From a virus (Duplodnaviria > Caudoviricetes), in IMG/VR virus record IMGVR_UViG_3300037706_000027, positions 1 to 52,020 of that record: a DNA stretch of 52,020 nucleotides, one strand, 5' to 3'. Shown here in pieces: positions 26,765 to 36,442 of the stretch. The position numbers and the translations under genes were made by a program. The number at the start of each line of letters is the position of its first letter. The stretch's first letter is position 1. Under the pieces are notes generated by a model. That model did not search any database and had not been told where the DNA came from. It worked only from the letters and a program-made list of their open reading frames with translations.

Positions 26765-27268
26765 ATGAAGAGGAAGCAATATTCCATCCCAGTTGCGTTG
26801 CCTATCAACGGGCACACCGACGAGGACAACCGGCTTGTCGCCGATGTGATGCCGAAAGCGGCGAAGCTGTACGAACTGCCGGGACTCGATGCCAGCGGCA
26901 TCAGCCGGATGAAGAACGGCCAATACAACGTGTTCGCACGGCTCCGGCTGGTCGTATACGCGATCAGACTTGCCGGTCACGAGCGTTCGTTTGGTGAGCG
27001 TATCCGGGGCTGGTTCGATGCGCTGATCGAGGAGTGCTGGCCGGTCCGTGAGATCGACGATACGCAAGCCGAGTGCGATGGGGCTGCTGCGGACGCGCAC
27101 GAGGACGCGCTCTTCGCGTTGTGGAAGAACGGTCGGGTTTCGGATGCGGAGTACGAGCACGCCCTGAGCTTGGAAGTCGATGCAAAACGGACGCGCCTGA
27201 TATCGCTGCGTTATCGAATCGCGTCAATGGAGCAACCGGGTGTATGGCGGCGGCGGGCGAATGCCTGA
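26765..27268 (+). CDS. Hypothetical protein, possible transcriptional regulator
   Basis: GGAG RBS; LDASGISRMKNG is HTH-like; stops 6 nt before the pentamer array. Confidence 0.55.
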   Translation: MKRKQYSIPVALPINGHTDEDNRLVADVMPKAAKLYELPGLDASGISRMKNGQYNVFARLRLVVYAIRLAGHERSFGERIRGWFDALIEECWPVREIDDTQAECDGAAADAHEDALFALWKNGRVSDAEYEHALSLEVDAKRTRLISLRYRIASMEQPGVWRRRANA

Positions 27269-27274
27269 CTCTGA

Positions 27275-27696
27275 GGCGAGGCTAGGCGAGGTGCGGCTCG
27301 GCGTGGTGAGGTGCGGCGAGGCCAGCTCTGGCGAGGCGCGGATTGGTGCGGCGAGATGCGACGAGGTGAGGCGTGCCTTGGATAGTCCTGGTCGGGTTGG
27401 GCGGGTTCGGATTGGGTGGGGCAAGGCTTGGCTTTGGCGAGGTCGGGCGAGGCGCGGTCTGGTCGGGTCTGGTGGGGTCTGGTTTGGTGCGGCGAGGTCC
27501 AGTTCTGGCTGGGTCCGTCGAGGCGAGGTGAGTCTTGCTCGGGTGTGGTGAGGCTTGTTAGGCCAAGGTGAGGTTTGGTTTGCTAAGGCTAGGCGTGGTC
27601 GGTCATGGTCTGGCAGGGATAGGCGGGGCAAGGTCCGGTCGGGTTAGGCTTGGCTGGACAGGGCTGGGCGAGGTCGGTCAAGGCATGGTTTGGCTT
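27275..27696 (+). repeat. GGY-NN pentamer array (84 units); candidate guide ncRNA
   Basis: Manual parse: G at position 1 in 84/84 units, pyrimidine at position 3 in 81/84, exact GGY in 64/84, positions 4-5 variable; only two 1-nt insertions (27435, 27501). Confidence 0.92.
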
Positions 27697-27722
27697 CTTC
27701 CAATAACGAGAGGTTAACGGAC

Positions 27723-28361
27723 ATGGTGACGAAGGCGAGCACGAACCGGCTGGGGGCGATCGGTCCCGAATCAACCAACGGCGGCGCGGTTGAGATCGAG
27801 CACTCGATGCCGTACATGGTGGACTTCGAGTTGACGGGAATCGCCGACATGCTCTTCCACCGATGGAACGTTGAGGCGGTCGAGGAAAAGGCGAAGGCCG
27901 CGAAGGGATCGAAGGCCAAGAAGACGGACAACATCGAGAGCTACGTCTACCGGAACGACGCGGGCGAGATTTGCCTACCCGGCGAGTACGTTCGTCAGGC
28001 TGTTATCACCGCTGCGAAGTTTCGTCAGGATCCGCGCAGCCCGCGCAAGTCTGCAATGGATCTGTTCAAGGCCGCCGTCATCAGCCTGACGCCGCTTGCG
28101 ACGCTCGGTATCTCCGAGTGGGATTACGAGCACAAGTGCCGCGTCGTGGTCCAACGCAACGGAATCACGCGCGTCCGGCCCGCGATCAAGGAAGGATGGA
28201 AGGCGGAGTTTCAGTTCCTGATCACTCTGCCTGAGTACATCTCGCCGGCCATCTTGCAGGATGTTCTCGTCAATGCCGGGCGGCTGGTCGGACTTGCCGA
28301 CTCACGTCCGACGTATGGCCGTTTCTCGGTGACCAAGTTTGCCGTCGTCGTGAACGCATGA
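27723..28361 (+). CDS. Stand-alone Cas7/RAMP-like (RRM-fold) protein linked to the pentamer array
   Basis: VDFELTG beta1, ICLPGEYVRQAV, beta-hairpin RVVVQRNGITRVRP, WKAEFQF, C-terminal Gly loop AGRLVGLADSRPTYGRF; GAGAGG RBS at 27708. Confidence 0.75.
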   Translation: MVTKASTNRLGAIGPESTNGGAVEIEHSMPYMVDFELTGIADMLFHRWNVEAVEEKAKAAKGSKAKKTDNIESYVYRNDAGEICLPGEYVRQAVITAAKFRQDPRSPRKSAMDLFKAAVISLTPLATLGISEWDYEHKCRVVVQRNGITRVRPAIKEGWKAEFQFLITLPEYISPAILQDVLVNAGRLVGLADSRPTYGRFSVTKFAVVVNA

Positions 28362-28440
28362 CCGCGCTGGAGGCGCAACTGTCCGGGACGCGGACGCTGC
28401 TGGTGTCGGTCCGGCAACGGATCGCGGCGCGGGTGGAAAG

Positions 28441-28926
28441 ATGAGATGGCGCGTCTCGCACCGAGCGGACCCCGTAGCTGTAGCGATTGCGGACCGTCAC
28501 TACAACCGACAGAAGCCGGGCACGCCGCAGTTTGTGCCGCCCGGCCGGTGTCTCGTTCTGCTCGCCGACGATGCGCTCTGGACAACGTCGTGGCCCTTCG
28601 CGGAGTACGTCAGGCACGAATGGGCGGGCGCGTGGGTCAACTCGCTATTTCGCAACGAGGGTCCGCACCTGTCGAGCCAACTCATCCGCGAAGCCGTGGC
28701 GGCCACACGCTGGAAGTGGGGCGATCCGCCAGAACTCGGAATGGTGACGTTTGTAGATGCGGGCAAGGTGCGACACAAGCGCGATCCGGGCCGGTGCTAC
28801 CTGCGGGCGGGATTCTCGCGAGTCGGCGAAACGAAGGGCGGGCTTGTCGCGTTGCAACTTCTGCCGGTGGACATGCCGTCAGCGGAAGTGCCGGGCGACG
28901 GTCAAGAAAGTGTGTTATGCGCATGA
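28441..28926 (+). CDS. Mom-like GNAT-fold DNA modification protein
   Basis: ADRHY, FRNEG..SSQLI, TFVD and PGRCYLRAGF motifs. Confidence 0.6.
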   Translation: MRWRVSHRADPVAVAIADRHYNRQKPGTPQFVPPGRCLVLLADDALWTTSWPFAEYVRHEWAGAWVNSLFRNEGPHLSSQLIREAVAATRWKWGDPPELGMVTFVDAGKVRHKRDPGRCYLRAGFSRVGETKGGLVALQLLPVDMPSAEVPGDGQESVLCA

Positions 28927-29084
28927 CCGAGCCCACCACGCTATTCGACGTCCTCTTCTGGATCGCCGTGTTCATTGGCTGCTTAGTCGGGCTCATGCTG
29001 TGGATGCTGTTCCGCGGACCGCCAGTCGAGCCGTTCCCGGATGCAACAGAGGAAGCGGCGAAGAAGCGGCTCGGCGGAGAGTGA
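28923..29084 (+). CDS. Small single-TM protein
   Basis: VLFWIAVFIGCLVGLMLWMLF. Confidence 0.5.
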   Translation: MTEPTTLFDVLFWIAVFIGCLVGLMLWMLFRGPPVEPFPDATEEAAKKRLGGE

Positions 29085-29629
29085 GGCGACTATGAAACCC
29101 TACGGTGTGACCGCAGACCTTCGCGTAGTGCGACCGACACGCACCGAGGATGCTATCTGGGAAGCTGTCGAAGCCGCGATCGATGAGGGGCTGACGCCAG
29201 AGCAATTCAAGGCCGAGGCGGCACAGGCTTGGTCCGAGATACTGCACGAGAGGGCAAGGTCTGCCGCCCGCGTGTTGACGGCCTAACGGACAATGAGGCG
29301 ACCCATGCTGACAATCGGACTGATTGCGATACTCGCCATTGCGTACGCGATCGCGTCGGCAACGGACGATCCGAACGAGCGGGCGGAAGAGGATTCCGGC
29401 CTCGCGAAACTCAGGAGTAATGGGCTGATATGATCAACTGGAACTATACGACCGGCGAATGCCAGACGAACGCGGAAGCCGCCGTCGTCGAAGCGCTGCA
29501 AGAGATCGCCGAAAAATTGGACCGGCTGTGCGAGATCGAGGAACGACGCGCTGAGACATCTGACGGCATTCACAAGTTGATGTCAGAGGCGCAGTACGAA
29601 TCACCGATACAGACGCCGGAGACGTTGCG

Positions 29630-30031
29630 ATGAGACTGGTTTCTCTAGTCGCGCTGCTCACACTCGCCGCCTGCGCACCAGACGCGCCATCGCCGTCCGA
29701 GCCCGCGTTCACGACAGCCATTGACTGCGGCACTAACCCGCACTGGCCCGCGAAAGCGAACTCGACGTACCCCGTCGGCACGCTGCGCTACGTCAACATC
29801 GACGGGATACGCTACGTGTACGGCGTGCCCGGCCGTGCACCTACGCTGCTCTGGCGCTGGCTGGAATACGAGATCGACGCGCGGCGGTTCGCGGTTGCAT
29901 GGCGGAACCCGTACAGCGGATTTATTGCAATCGCGTTGACGTGCAGAGTGCCGGGGTTCTGGGTGACGCTGGAGCCGGTCGCTGTGACGGCGAGCGGGCT
30001 GCATTACTGGCGCGGGTCGGTGGTGCTATGA
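29630..30031 (+). CDS. Predicted lipoprotein
   Basis: MRLVSLVALLTLAAC lipobox; GGAG RBS. Confidence 0.65.
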   Translation: MRLVSLVALLTLAACAPDAPSPSEPAFTTAIDCGTNPHWPAKANSTYPVGTLRYVNIDGIRYVYGVPGRAPTLLWRWLEYEIDARRFAVAWRNPYSGFIAIALTCRVPGFWVTLEPVAVTASGLHYWRGSVVL

Positions 30032-30444
30032 GCAAGAAACTGCCGGACAAGCCGAGCGAGCTGCTATTGGTTGCACTCGCGGATCTCGAAGCAGTCGAGC
30101 AGGACAAGCGGTACGTGGTGAACATGCGGGTTTGGCACGAGGCCAACGGCCAGTGTGCCGTGTGCTTAGCGGGTAGCGTTATGGCGAAGACGCTCAACGT
30201 GAGCCCCGTGGATTCTGTCATACCTGATGTGTTTGATGTTGACGCTTACGACAAGCTGCTAACGTTGGACGATTTTCGCTGTGGCTCATTGGACTACGGG
30301 CTTCGCCGATTGGGGTTACCGGAAACTGGTATCGACAACATCGATTCGCTGGACGAGTGGGGCGCCGACTACGACGGCAACCGCGAAGAGTGGTGGAACG
30401 CGATGCTCGGTATTGTCGGCATCCTTCAGGCGGAAGGGCTCTGA
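30028..30444 (+). CDS. Hypothetical protein
   Basis: KPSELL..ALADL, CAVCLAGSVMA; coupled start and stop. Confidence 0.65.
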   Translation: MSKKLPDKPSELLLVALADLEAVEQDKRYVVNMRVWHEANGQCAVCLAGSVMAKTLNVSPVDSVIPDVFDVDAYDKLLTLDDFRCGSLDYGLRRLGLPETGIDNIDSLDEWGADYDGNREEWWNAMLGIVGILQAEGL

Positions 30445-30900
30445 GTCATGAGCAAGGGCGTCACGGCGGCGGTGAACATCCTGCACACGCCGGACGAGAG
30501 TCAGCGGAGCAGCGAAGAATCCGGCTTGTCGCGGTCTCCGTGCCGTGGCGCCCGACAGGAGGAACGATGCGAAAGCTTTTCGTAACAGGCTGCTATTCGC
30601 GCGGCCGATGGATCATTCGGAGGTCGTAATGCACTCACCCGACAACGCGCCGCCCCTGCTTTGCCCGGAGTGCGCGACATTGCTTGACGCGCAGGCTCGC
30701 TGCTCGTGCTGGGGCTACCGCACCGCCGTGGACGTACTCGCTTTTCAACTCGTCCTGCAGTCGGAGTACGGGCCGTTTTGTCCGGCGGCGCTGATCGAGC
30801 GGATGCGGGACATGCAGGGTCCGCATTTCGAGCGCGCTGCTGTGGCGTTGGAGCGGGCGATACGGGAACGGGAAGAGGTCCGGGGAAGGATGGCGGCGGC

Positions 30901-31737
30901 GTGAACCGCATCGTTACGGACATGACCGAACGCGAATACATGTCGCTGGAACGTTGCTCGCATTCCAGGCTGCGGACGCTCGGGACAGAGAGCCCGGCGC
31001 ATCTCAAGGCGGAACTCGATGAGCCGCCCGAACCGACTGACGCGCAGACGCTCGGGACCGCGACACATTACGCGGTGCTCCAGCCGGAAGTATTCGACGA
31101 GCGTGTCATCGAAGGGCCGTGCCATGACCGGCGCGCAAAGGCATGGCTTGCTGCCGCATCCGAGACTCCGGCACGGTCGATTCTCCTGCGGCCGAAGGAC
31201 TATGACGCGGCGCTCCACATGCGCGATGCGGTCTATGCGCACGAGGCCGCGCGGAGTCTGCTGGACCGGGCGACGGCGCGGGAACTGACGGTGCTCTGGG
31301 ATCACGAGGAGGGCGTCGCGTGCAAGGCGCGCATTGACCTGCTCGTGCCGGAGTTGGCGATGACGGTGGAACTGAAGACGGCGCACTCGGCGGCGCGGAG
31401 CGTGTTCGAGCGGGCGTTGTTCAACTTCGGCTATTACAGCCAGGGCGCGTGGTACATAGACGCGATCAACGCCGTGCAGTCGGAAGTCCAGTATGTGAAC
31501 CACGCCATCATCGCCGTCGAGCCGGAAGCGCCCTACGCGGTCAATGCGTTCCTGCCGGGCGAAGACGTGATCCAGCTCGGGCGGCAGGAACTCCGGCCGT
31601 GGGTCCGCATCTACGCGGACTGCATCCGGACGGGTGTGTGGCCGACAGAATCACACGAGTACTCACAGATGTTCCGGGACATTTCACTGCCGCCCTGGGG
31701 CGCGCAGAAGATCGAAGAAAGGACAGTGGCAATATGA
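30901..31737 (+). CDS. RecE/ExoVIII-like PD-(D/E)XK exonuclease
   Basis: LGTATHYAVLQP, CKARIDLL, VELKT, YYSQGAWY. Confidence 0.88.
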   Translation: MNRIVTDMTEREYMSLERCSHSRLRTLGTESPAHLKAELDEPPEPTDAQTLGTATHYAVLQPEVFDERVIEGPCHDRRAKAWLAAASETPARSILLRPKDYDAALHMRDAVYAHEAARSLLDRATARELTVLWDHEEGVACKARIDLLVPELAMTVELKTAHSAARSVFERALFNFGYYSQGAWYIDAINAVQSEVQYVNHAIIAVEPEAPYAVNAFLPGEDVIQLGRQELRPWVRIYADCIRTGVWPTESHEYSQMFRDISLPPWGAQKIEERTVAI

Positions 31738-32720
31738 GCACGCAGTTGACGAGGCAGTCGGAGAATGGCGCCGTGCAGAGTGCGGAAGCATATGTGAGAC
31801 ACACCAGCGCGCTCGGTGGAGATCGGGAAGCATTTGACACAGCGGTCCGCATCGCGCGGGCGCTTTCCGAGTCGTCGATCATGCCGGCCGCGTATCACAA
31901 CAACGTCGCGAACTGCATGGTGGCGCTCGAGTACGCCAACCGGCTTGGCGCGTCGGTGCTGGCGGTGGCCCAGAATTTAGACGTTATCCAAGGCAAACCG
32001 TCGCTGCGCGGTTCGTTCCTGATCGGGACTGTCAACGCATCCGGCCGCTTCACGCCGATCCGGTTTCGCTTTCAGGGCACCGAGGGGCAGGACGATTGGG
32101 GTTGCCGCGCCGTTGCGACCGACCGCGAAAGCGGCGAGGAATGCATTGGGCCGCTGATCACGATTGCGCTCGCGAAGGCGGAAGGCTGGACCACGAAGAC
32201 CGGTTCGAAGTGGAAAAATCTGCCCGAGCTCATGCTGATGTACCGTTCCGGCGCATGGTGGACGCGCGTCTATTGCCCGGAGCTTTCGCTGGGCCTGCAC
32301 ACGTCCGAGGAAGTCGAGGACTTCGGTGTGTTGCATGCGGCCAGCGGATCGCCAGCGGCTTCGCTGAACGAACGTCTCGGGCTCGCGTTGCCGGTGCAGA
32401 CTACGACGATCGAGGACGTGACGGGCACGGCGGAAGCACGCGCACTGTTCGAGTCGCAGGCCGCGCAGGTCGTCGAATTCATTCAGCGCGAAACCCCATC
32501 CACGAACGGCGGCGATCCCGCGACGGCGGAGCAGAAGGACGAAGCGCACCGGCTGGCCGCGATTGTGTTCGAACCGGGCGACGAACGCGCGGCGGTGAAG
32601 GCCTGGATCGACTGCAAGTCGCCAGCGCCGAACGACCGGCAGATGGCGACGCTCGTGCAGAAGCTCCAGATCGCCGAGAAGGCGCGGGCGGAGTTCGAAC
32701 AGCCGGCGCTCATATCCTGA
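31734..32720 (+). CDS. RecT-like single-strand annealing protein
   Basis: NCMVALE, VIQGKPS, AKAEGW, SKWKNLPELMLMYR, CPELSLGL; follows the RecE-like gene. Confidence 0.85.
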   Translation: MSTQLTRQSENGAVQSAEAYVRHTSALGGDREAFDTAVRIARALSESSIMPAAYHNNVANCMVALEYANRLGASVLAVAQNLDVIQGKPSLRGSFLIGTVNASGRFTPIRFRFQGTEGQDDWGCRAVATDRESGEECIGPLITIALAKAEGWTTKTGSKWKNLPELMLMYRSGAWWTRVYCPELSLGLHTSEEVEDFGVLHAASGSPAASLNERLGLALPVQTTTIEDVTGTAEARALFESQAAQVVEFIQRETPSTNGGDPATAEQKDEAHRLAAIVFEPGDERAAVKAWIDCKSPAPNDRQMATLVQKLQIAEKARAEFEQPALIS

Positions 32721-33448
32721 TGGCCGATCTCGTCTTTGATTTGGAAACTATCGGCGTTGCATGGGCCGACCTTGACGCTCCCACGCGCGACTATCTGACC
32801 GCGCGCTGGGAGCGGCGGGAACTCGCGCTCGAGACCGACGAGGAACGCGGCGCGCGCGGGGCGCTGGAACTCGGACTCGCGCAGATCGTCGCGGCAGGGT
32901 TCTGGAATCCGCAGACGCAGCGCGGGCAGGCGTCGATCCTCGTGCCGCACGATGCGGAGAACACGATGACCGCGGACGGGCCGATCATTTCCTACGCGAA
33001 CGAGGCCGATTTGCTCGCGTCCGTCTGGCCGCTGCTGGCACGTCACCGGCTCGTGAGCTTTAACGGCAGGATCTACGATGGACCTGTGTTGACGCTCCGC
33101 AGCGCAGAACTTGGCGTGCCCGTCACGCGCAACCTCGTACCGTACCGTTACGACCTTGCCGAGCATTGCGACCTTTCGGACGTGCTGCTCTTTCAGGGCG
33201 CGCTACGCTACGGGTACACGCTCGACTACTGGTGCCGGCGGTTCGGCATCGAGGGCAAGGACGACGTTCACGGCGGCGACGTGGCGCGACTCTACGCGGC
33301 GGGCGAGTACATGACGATCGGGCGGTACGCGCTGGACGATGCGAAGCGGACGGGCGCGCTGTACGTGGCGCTCAGGGATGCGGGGGTGTTAGCGCAGTTC
33401 AAGAACGGGCCGAAAGCGGTGGAACGGCGAGAGGAGGCGGCGGCATGA
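32720..33448 (+). CDS. DEDD 3'-5' exonuclease (PolB-exo/DnaQ-like)
   Basis: ExoI FDLET, ExoII FNGRIYD, ExoIII YALDD. Confidence 0.85.
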   Translation: MADLVFDLETIGVAWADLDAPTRDYLTARWERRELALETDEERGARGALELGLAQIVAAGFWNPQTQRGQASILVPHDAENTMTADGPIISYANEADLLASVWPLLARHRLVSFNGRIYDGPVLTLRSAELGVPVTRNLVPYRYDLAEHCDLSDVLLFQGALRYGYTLDYWCRRFGIEGKDDVHGGDVARLYAAGEYMTIGRYALDDAKRTGALYVALRDAGVLAQFKNGPKAVERREEAAA

Positions 33449-34759
33449 TCTCCCTCGCCCTCGACACCGCCATAAAGATCATGGCCACCCTCCGGGCAAT
33501 GGGCGCGTATTGCTCCGATCCGGATTGCGGCGGCAGGACGCGCGTGATCTCGGCGAAGCATTCGGTGTGCGTGAGATGCGGGAAGGCTTGCGAGCGGCGG
33601 ACGAAGGACGAGGCGCGGCGGATTGCGAGGGGTGAGACATGACGGAGTTCGGCGAGCAGATCAAGAAAGACATCGCGGAGAACGACAACTTCCGCATGAA
33701 ACTGGTCGCTCAAGACATGCTGCAATTGGCGGCGGGTATGGTGGAACTGAAGCAGCCCACGCTCGCCACGCTCGCCACGCGAATCATCGGTTGGGCGACG
33801 ACGATCATAGAGATCGAAGCACGACGGCCATCGCCATGACCCTCATAACCCAGTACCCGATCAACGCGATCGCGGCGAGGCTGACCGCGACGACAGAAGA
33901 GCCCGGACCGGAGCGGCATCTGTCGCAGGACCAGATCGACGAGTGGTGCAAACAGAATCCGGAGCGGCTGAGGCGGCCGGAGGTCAAGGGCGCGAAGAAG
34001 GAGACGGTGTTGCCGTCGATGGCGGAGATGCACGAGAAGCGGGCGCGGTTTCTCGCGGCGGTCGCGAGGGAGAAGGCGAAGGGACGGAAATGATGCGCGC
34101 ATACATCGGCTATGACCGCAACATGGGACAGCAGGAGGCCGCGTGTTTGGTTTTTGCTAACACCGCGCGGCAAGCCCGGACGCTGGCGTATGACGTTGTA
34201 CGTGGCTGGTTCGACACCGAATGGATCGATGTAAGCGTTCGCTGGCTGCGCGACTCAAAGTACGTGCCAGCGAAGCCCGAGCCCCACGTCATCGAAAGTC
34301 CGGACGTTTGCCGCCACTGTGAATTGTGGCCGTCGGATGAAGTTCTGGATGACGACGGCTTGTGTTCGTTGTGCAGGAGTGAGATGGAGGACGACGAATG
34401 AACGGGCAACTCGCGCTCGCGATGCAAGCGCCGCTGCACGAGTCGGCCGTCTGCCCGATCTGCCGGGCGCCGATCGCAATGCAGCCGCAACACGCGGTCG
34501 GGGCGGAGTCGCCGGAGTACGTAACGGGCTATTACGGGGCGTGTCGGAGGCACCGCAACGTCGAGGTTTACATCGATATGGACACCATCAAGGGGAACGG
34601 GTGAAAAAGGAAACCTGGCGTGTGATCGTGACGAAGGAAATCGACGGCGACAATGCCGACGAGTTGCTCAAGCTGGTCCAGCTTCGCGACAGTCTGAAAG
34701 AGCACGGGACCGTCACGACGGAGAAGGCGCGGCCGAAGCGGGAGAAGGGGGCGGGATAG
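33445..34759 (+). other. Run of six short coupled hypothetical ORFs (33445-33642, 33639-33839, 33836-34093, 34090-34401, 34398-34604, 34601-34759)
   Basis: Consecutive ATGA/GTGA overlaps; several carry CxxC pairs. Confidence 0.55.
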
Positions 34760-34763
34760 TCGC

Positions 34764-35135
34764 ATGGCACGCAACGGAACCGCGCCGCGACTGCTGGTAT
34801 CGACGCCGATCGAGGACCGGCTGCAGGCGCTGGAGGATCAGGCCGCCGTGCAGCAGCAGTGGAGCGGTGAACACTCGCCAACGGCTGCTACAATCCGGAT
34901 GTGCGTGCGTGAGATGCGGGGGGCCATTGCGGAAGCCGAGGAAATCTGGCGCACGACAGCAGAAACTTCTGAGCTTACCCGCTGGAGCACGGACACGCTG
35001 CTGCGTCACGCGAAGAACGTGACCGCCGGTGGAACGCCGGCACACGCCTGGCGGGGCGTCCGCGTTCGCATGAGCGGGACAGGCTACCTCTGGATGGTTT
35101 CCACGGTGCCGGCCAAGCCGGCTAAGACCGGCTGA
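34764..35135 (+). CDS. Putative excisionase / recombination directionality factor
   Basis: TTAETSELTRWSTDTLLRH winged-HTH-like pattern; coupled to integrase. Confidence 0.55.
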   Translation: MARNGTAPRLLVSTPIEDRLQALEDQAAVQQQWSGEHSPTAATIRMCVREMRGAIAEAEEIWRTTAETSELTRWSTDTLLRHAKNVTAGGTPAHAWRGVRVRMSGTGYLWMVSTVPAKPAKTG

Positions 35136-36439
35136 TGGGCCGCCGACCAAAGAACGTCAACGAGTCGGGCCGCTGGTCGGTCCAGGTCGGTGAGCATGGC
35201 AGCATCGTGCGCATCCGCGAGCGCGAACCGAAGGGCCGGCTATTGCTTCTCTGGGGTGATGCCGGTACGGGCAAGCGGATTCAGCGATACGCGCAAGTCG
35301 AGACGGTCCGCAAGTCGAACGGTAAGGTCGATGGCGCGCTCGAGGAAATGGCGCTCAGGGAAGCGCGGGACCTGGCCGCGCGTCTCCGCATCGCGCGCGA
35401 GACGGAGCAGATCGAGCCGGCGCGCATCACGCTCGCGCAGGGTTTCGCCCGCTTCCACGATCCGCGCAAGGGCGCATTGCCGGCGAGCAAGTCAGCGCGG
35501 AAGCACCATGCGGCGGCACGCGCGTTCTGGTGCGACCGGCTGGGCGAGGGCAAGCCGTGGAACGCGATCCTCCCCGCGCAGATCGATTCGGCGCTCAAAG
35601 TGCTCGTCGAGGGCGGCAAGATCCCGACCGCGGAAAAGCATGTCCGGACCCTGCGCACGGTCACCCGCTGGCTACGTGACCGCGCGGGGTTCGATGGGCT
35701 CAAGGATCCGACGCGGCATGTCGATCTACGTAAGCTCCGCGAAGGCCACGAGCCGCGCCGCCCGCGATACACCCGGGTGGAGATCGATGCGCTGCTTGCC
35801 GTCGCAGGCGAGATCGACCAGCGCTTCCGGTTCGCGCTCATCTGGGCGGACGATACCGGCGCCCGATCCGCGGCCCTCTACCGTGCCCGACGGAGCGACG
35901 TCGATTGCGCGCTCGACGTGCCGCCCAAGCCGGAGGACGCGCCGCACGGCTGGTGCCGCCTGCCGCCCCTCAAAGGCCAGAGGCCGGCGCTCGTGTACCT
36001 GACGGAGCTTCAGCGGCAGGTGTTGGACGAAGCGACGGGAGAGCGGTGGAACGGTGCCCGCATGGAGCCGGGCTATCTGTCGGACCTCGAGCAGCGCTGG
36101 CAGGAGAAGGGGATCGACTACCCGCTGATCCCGGGCGGTCCCTGGCCACGCTCAGGCGTTTTTACGGCCGCGCGGGAGATCAGCAAGGGCGCGCTGGACC
36201 GTTGGCTGATCGAGGCGGAGAAGAAAGCGGGCGTGCCTCGCATCGCGCGCCGCGGTTGGCACGGCATTCGGCGCTCCTGGACGGACTACGTGCTCGATGA
36301 GGAGGGCATGGACACCGTCGTCGCGGCCGGCGCATGGAGCGACGAGGACATGCCGCGCCACGTGTACGCCGAGCGCATCCGTCACCAGCATCTCCGGCGC
36401 TCTAGGGAGGCGCAGGAACGGAAGCGGGGACCGCGATGA
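35135..36439 (+). CDS. int: Tyrosine integrase
   Basis: Catalytic R (TGAR), K (LKG), HxxR (WHGIRR), W (GAWS) and Y (HVY). Confidence 0.88.
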   Translation: MGRRPKNVNESGRWSVQVGEHGSIVRIREREPKGRLLLLWGDAGTGKRIQRYAQVETVRKSNGKVDGALEEMALREARDLAARLRIARETEQIEPARITLAQGFARFHDPRKGALPASKSARKHHAAARAFWCDRLGEGKPWNAILPAQIDSALKVLVEGGKIPTAEKHVRTLRTVTRWLRDRAGFDGLKDPTRHVDLRKLREGHEPRRPRYTRVEIDALLAVAGEIDQRFRFALIWADDTGARSAALYRARRSDVDCALDVPPKPEDAPHGWCRLPPLKGQRPALVYLTELQRQVLDEATGERWNGARMEPGYLSDLEQRWQEKGIDYPLIPGGPWPRSGVFTAAREISKGALDRWLIEAEKKAGVPRIARRGWHGIRRSWTDYVLDEEGMDTVVAAGAWSDEDMPRHVYAERIRHQHLRRSREAQERKRGPR

Positions 36440-36442
36440 CGC

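Noticed and set aside
27275-27696. Array as a CRISPR, a simple microsatellite or only a G-quadruplex
   Set aside because: There are no 25-40 nt repeats with spacers, and unit positions 4-5 are too diverse for slippage. About a fifth of units lack GG yet keep the register. G4 formation is not excluded but does not explain the pattern.
27690-27722. TTG start at 27690 for the RAMP-like gene
   Set aside because: It lies within the array; ATG 27723 has a well-spaced GAGAGG RBS.
27224-27774. ORFs 27240-27551(+), 27224-27631(-) and 27589-27774(-)
   Set aside because: Their low-complexity translations are by-products of the period-5 array, not credible proteins.
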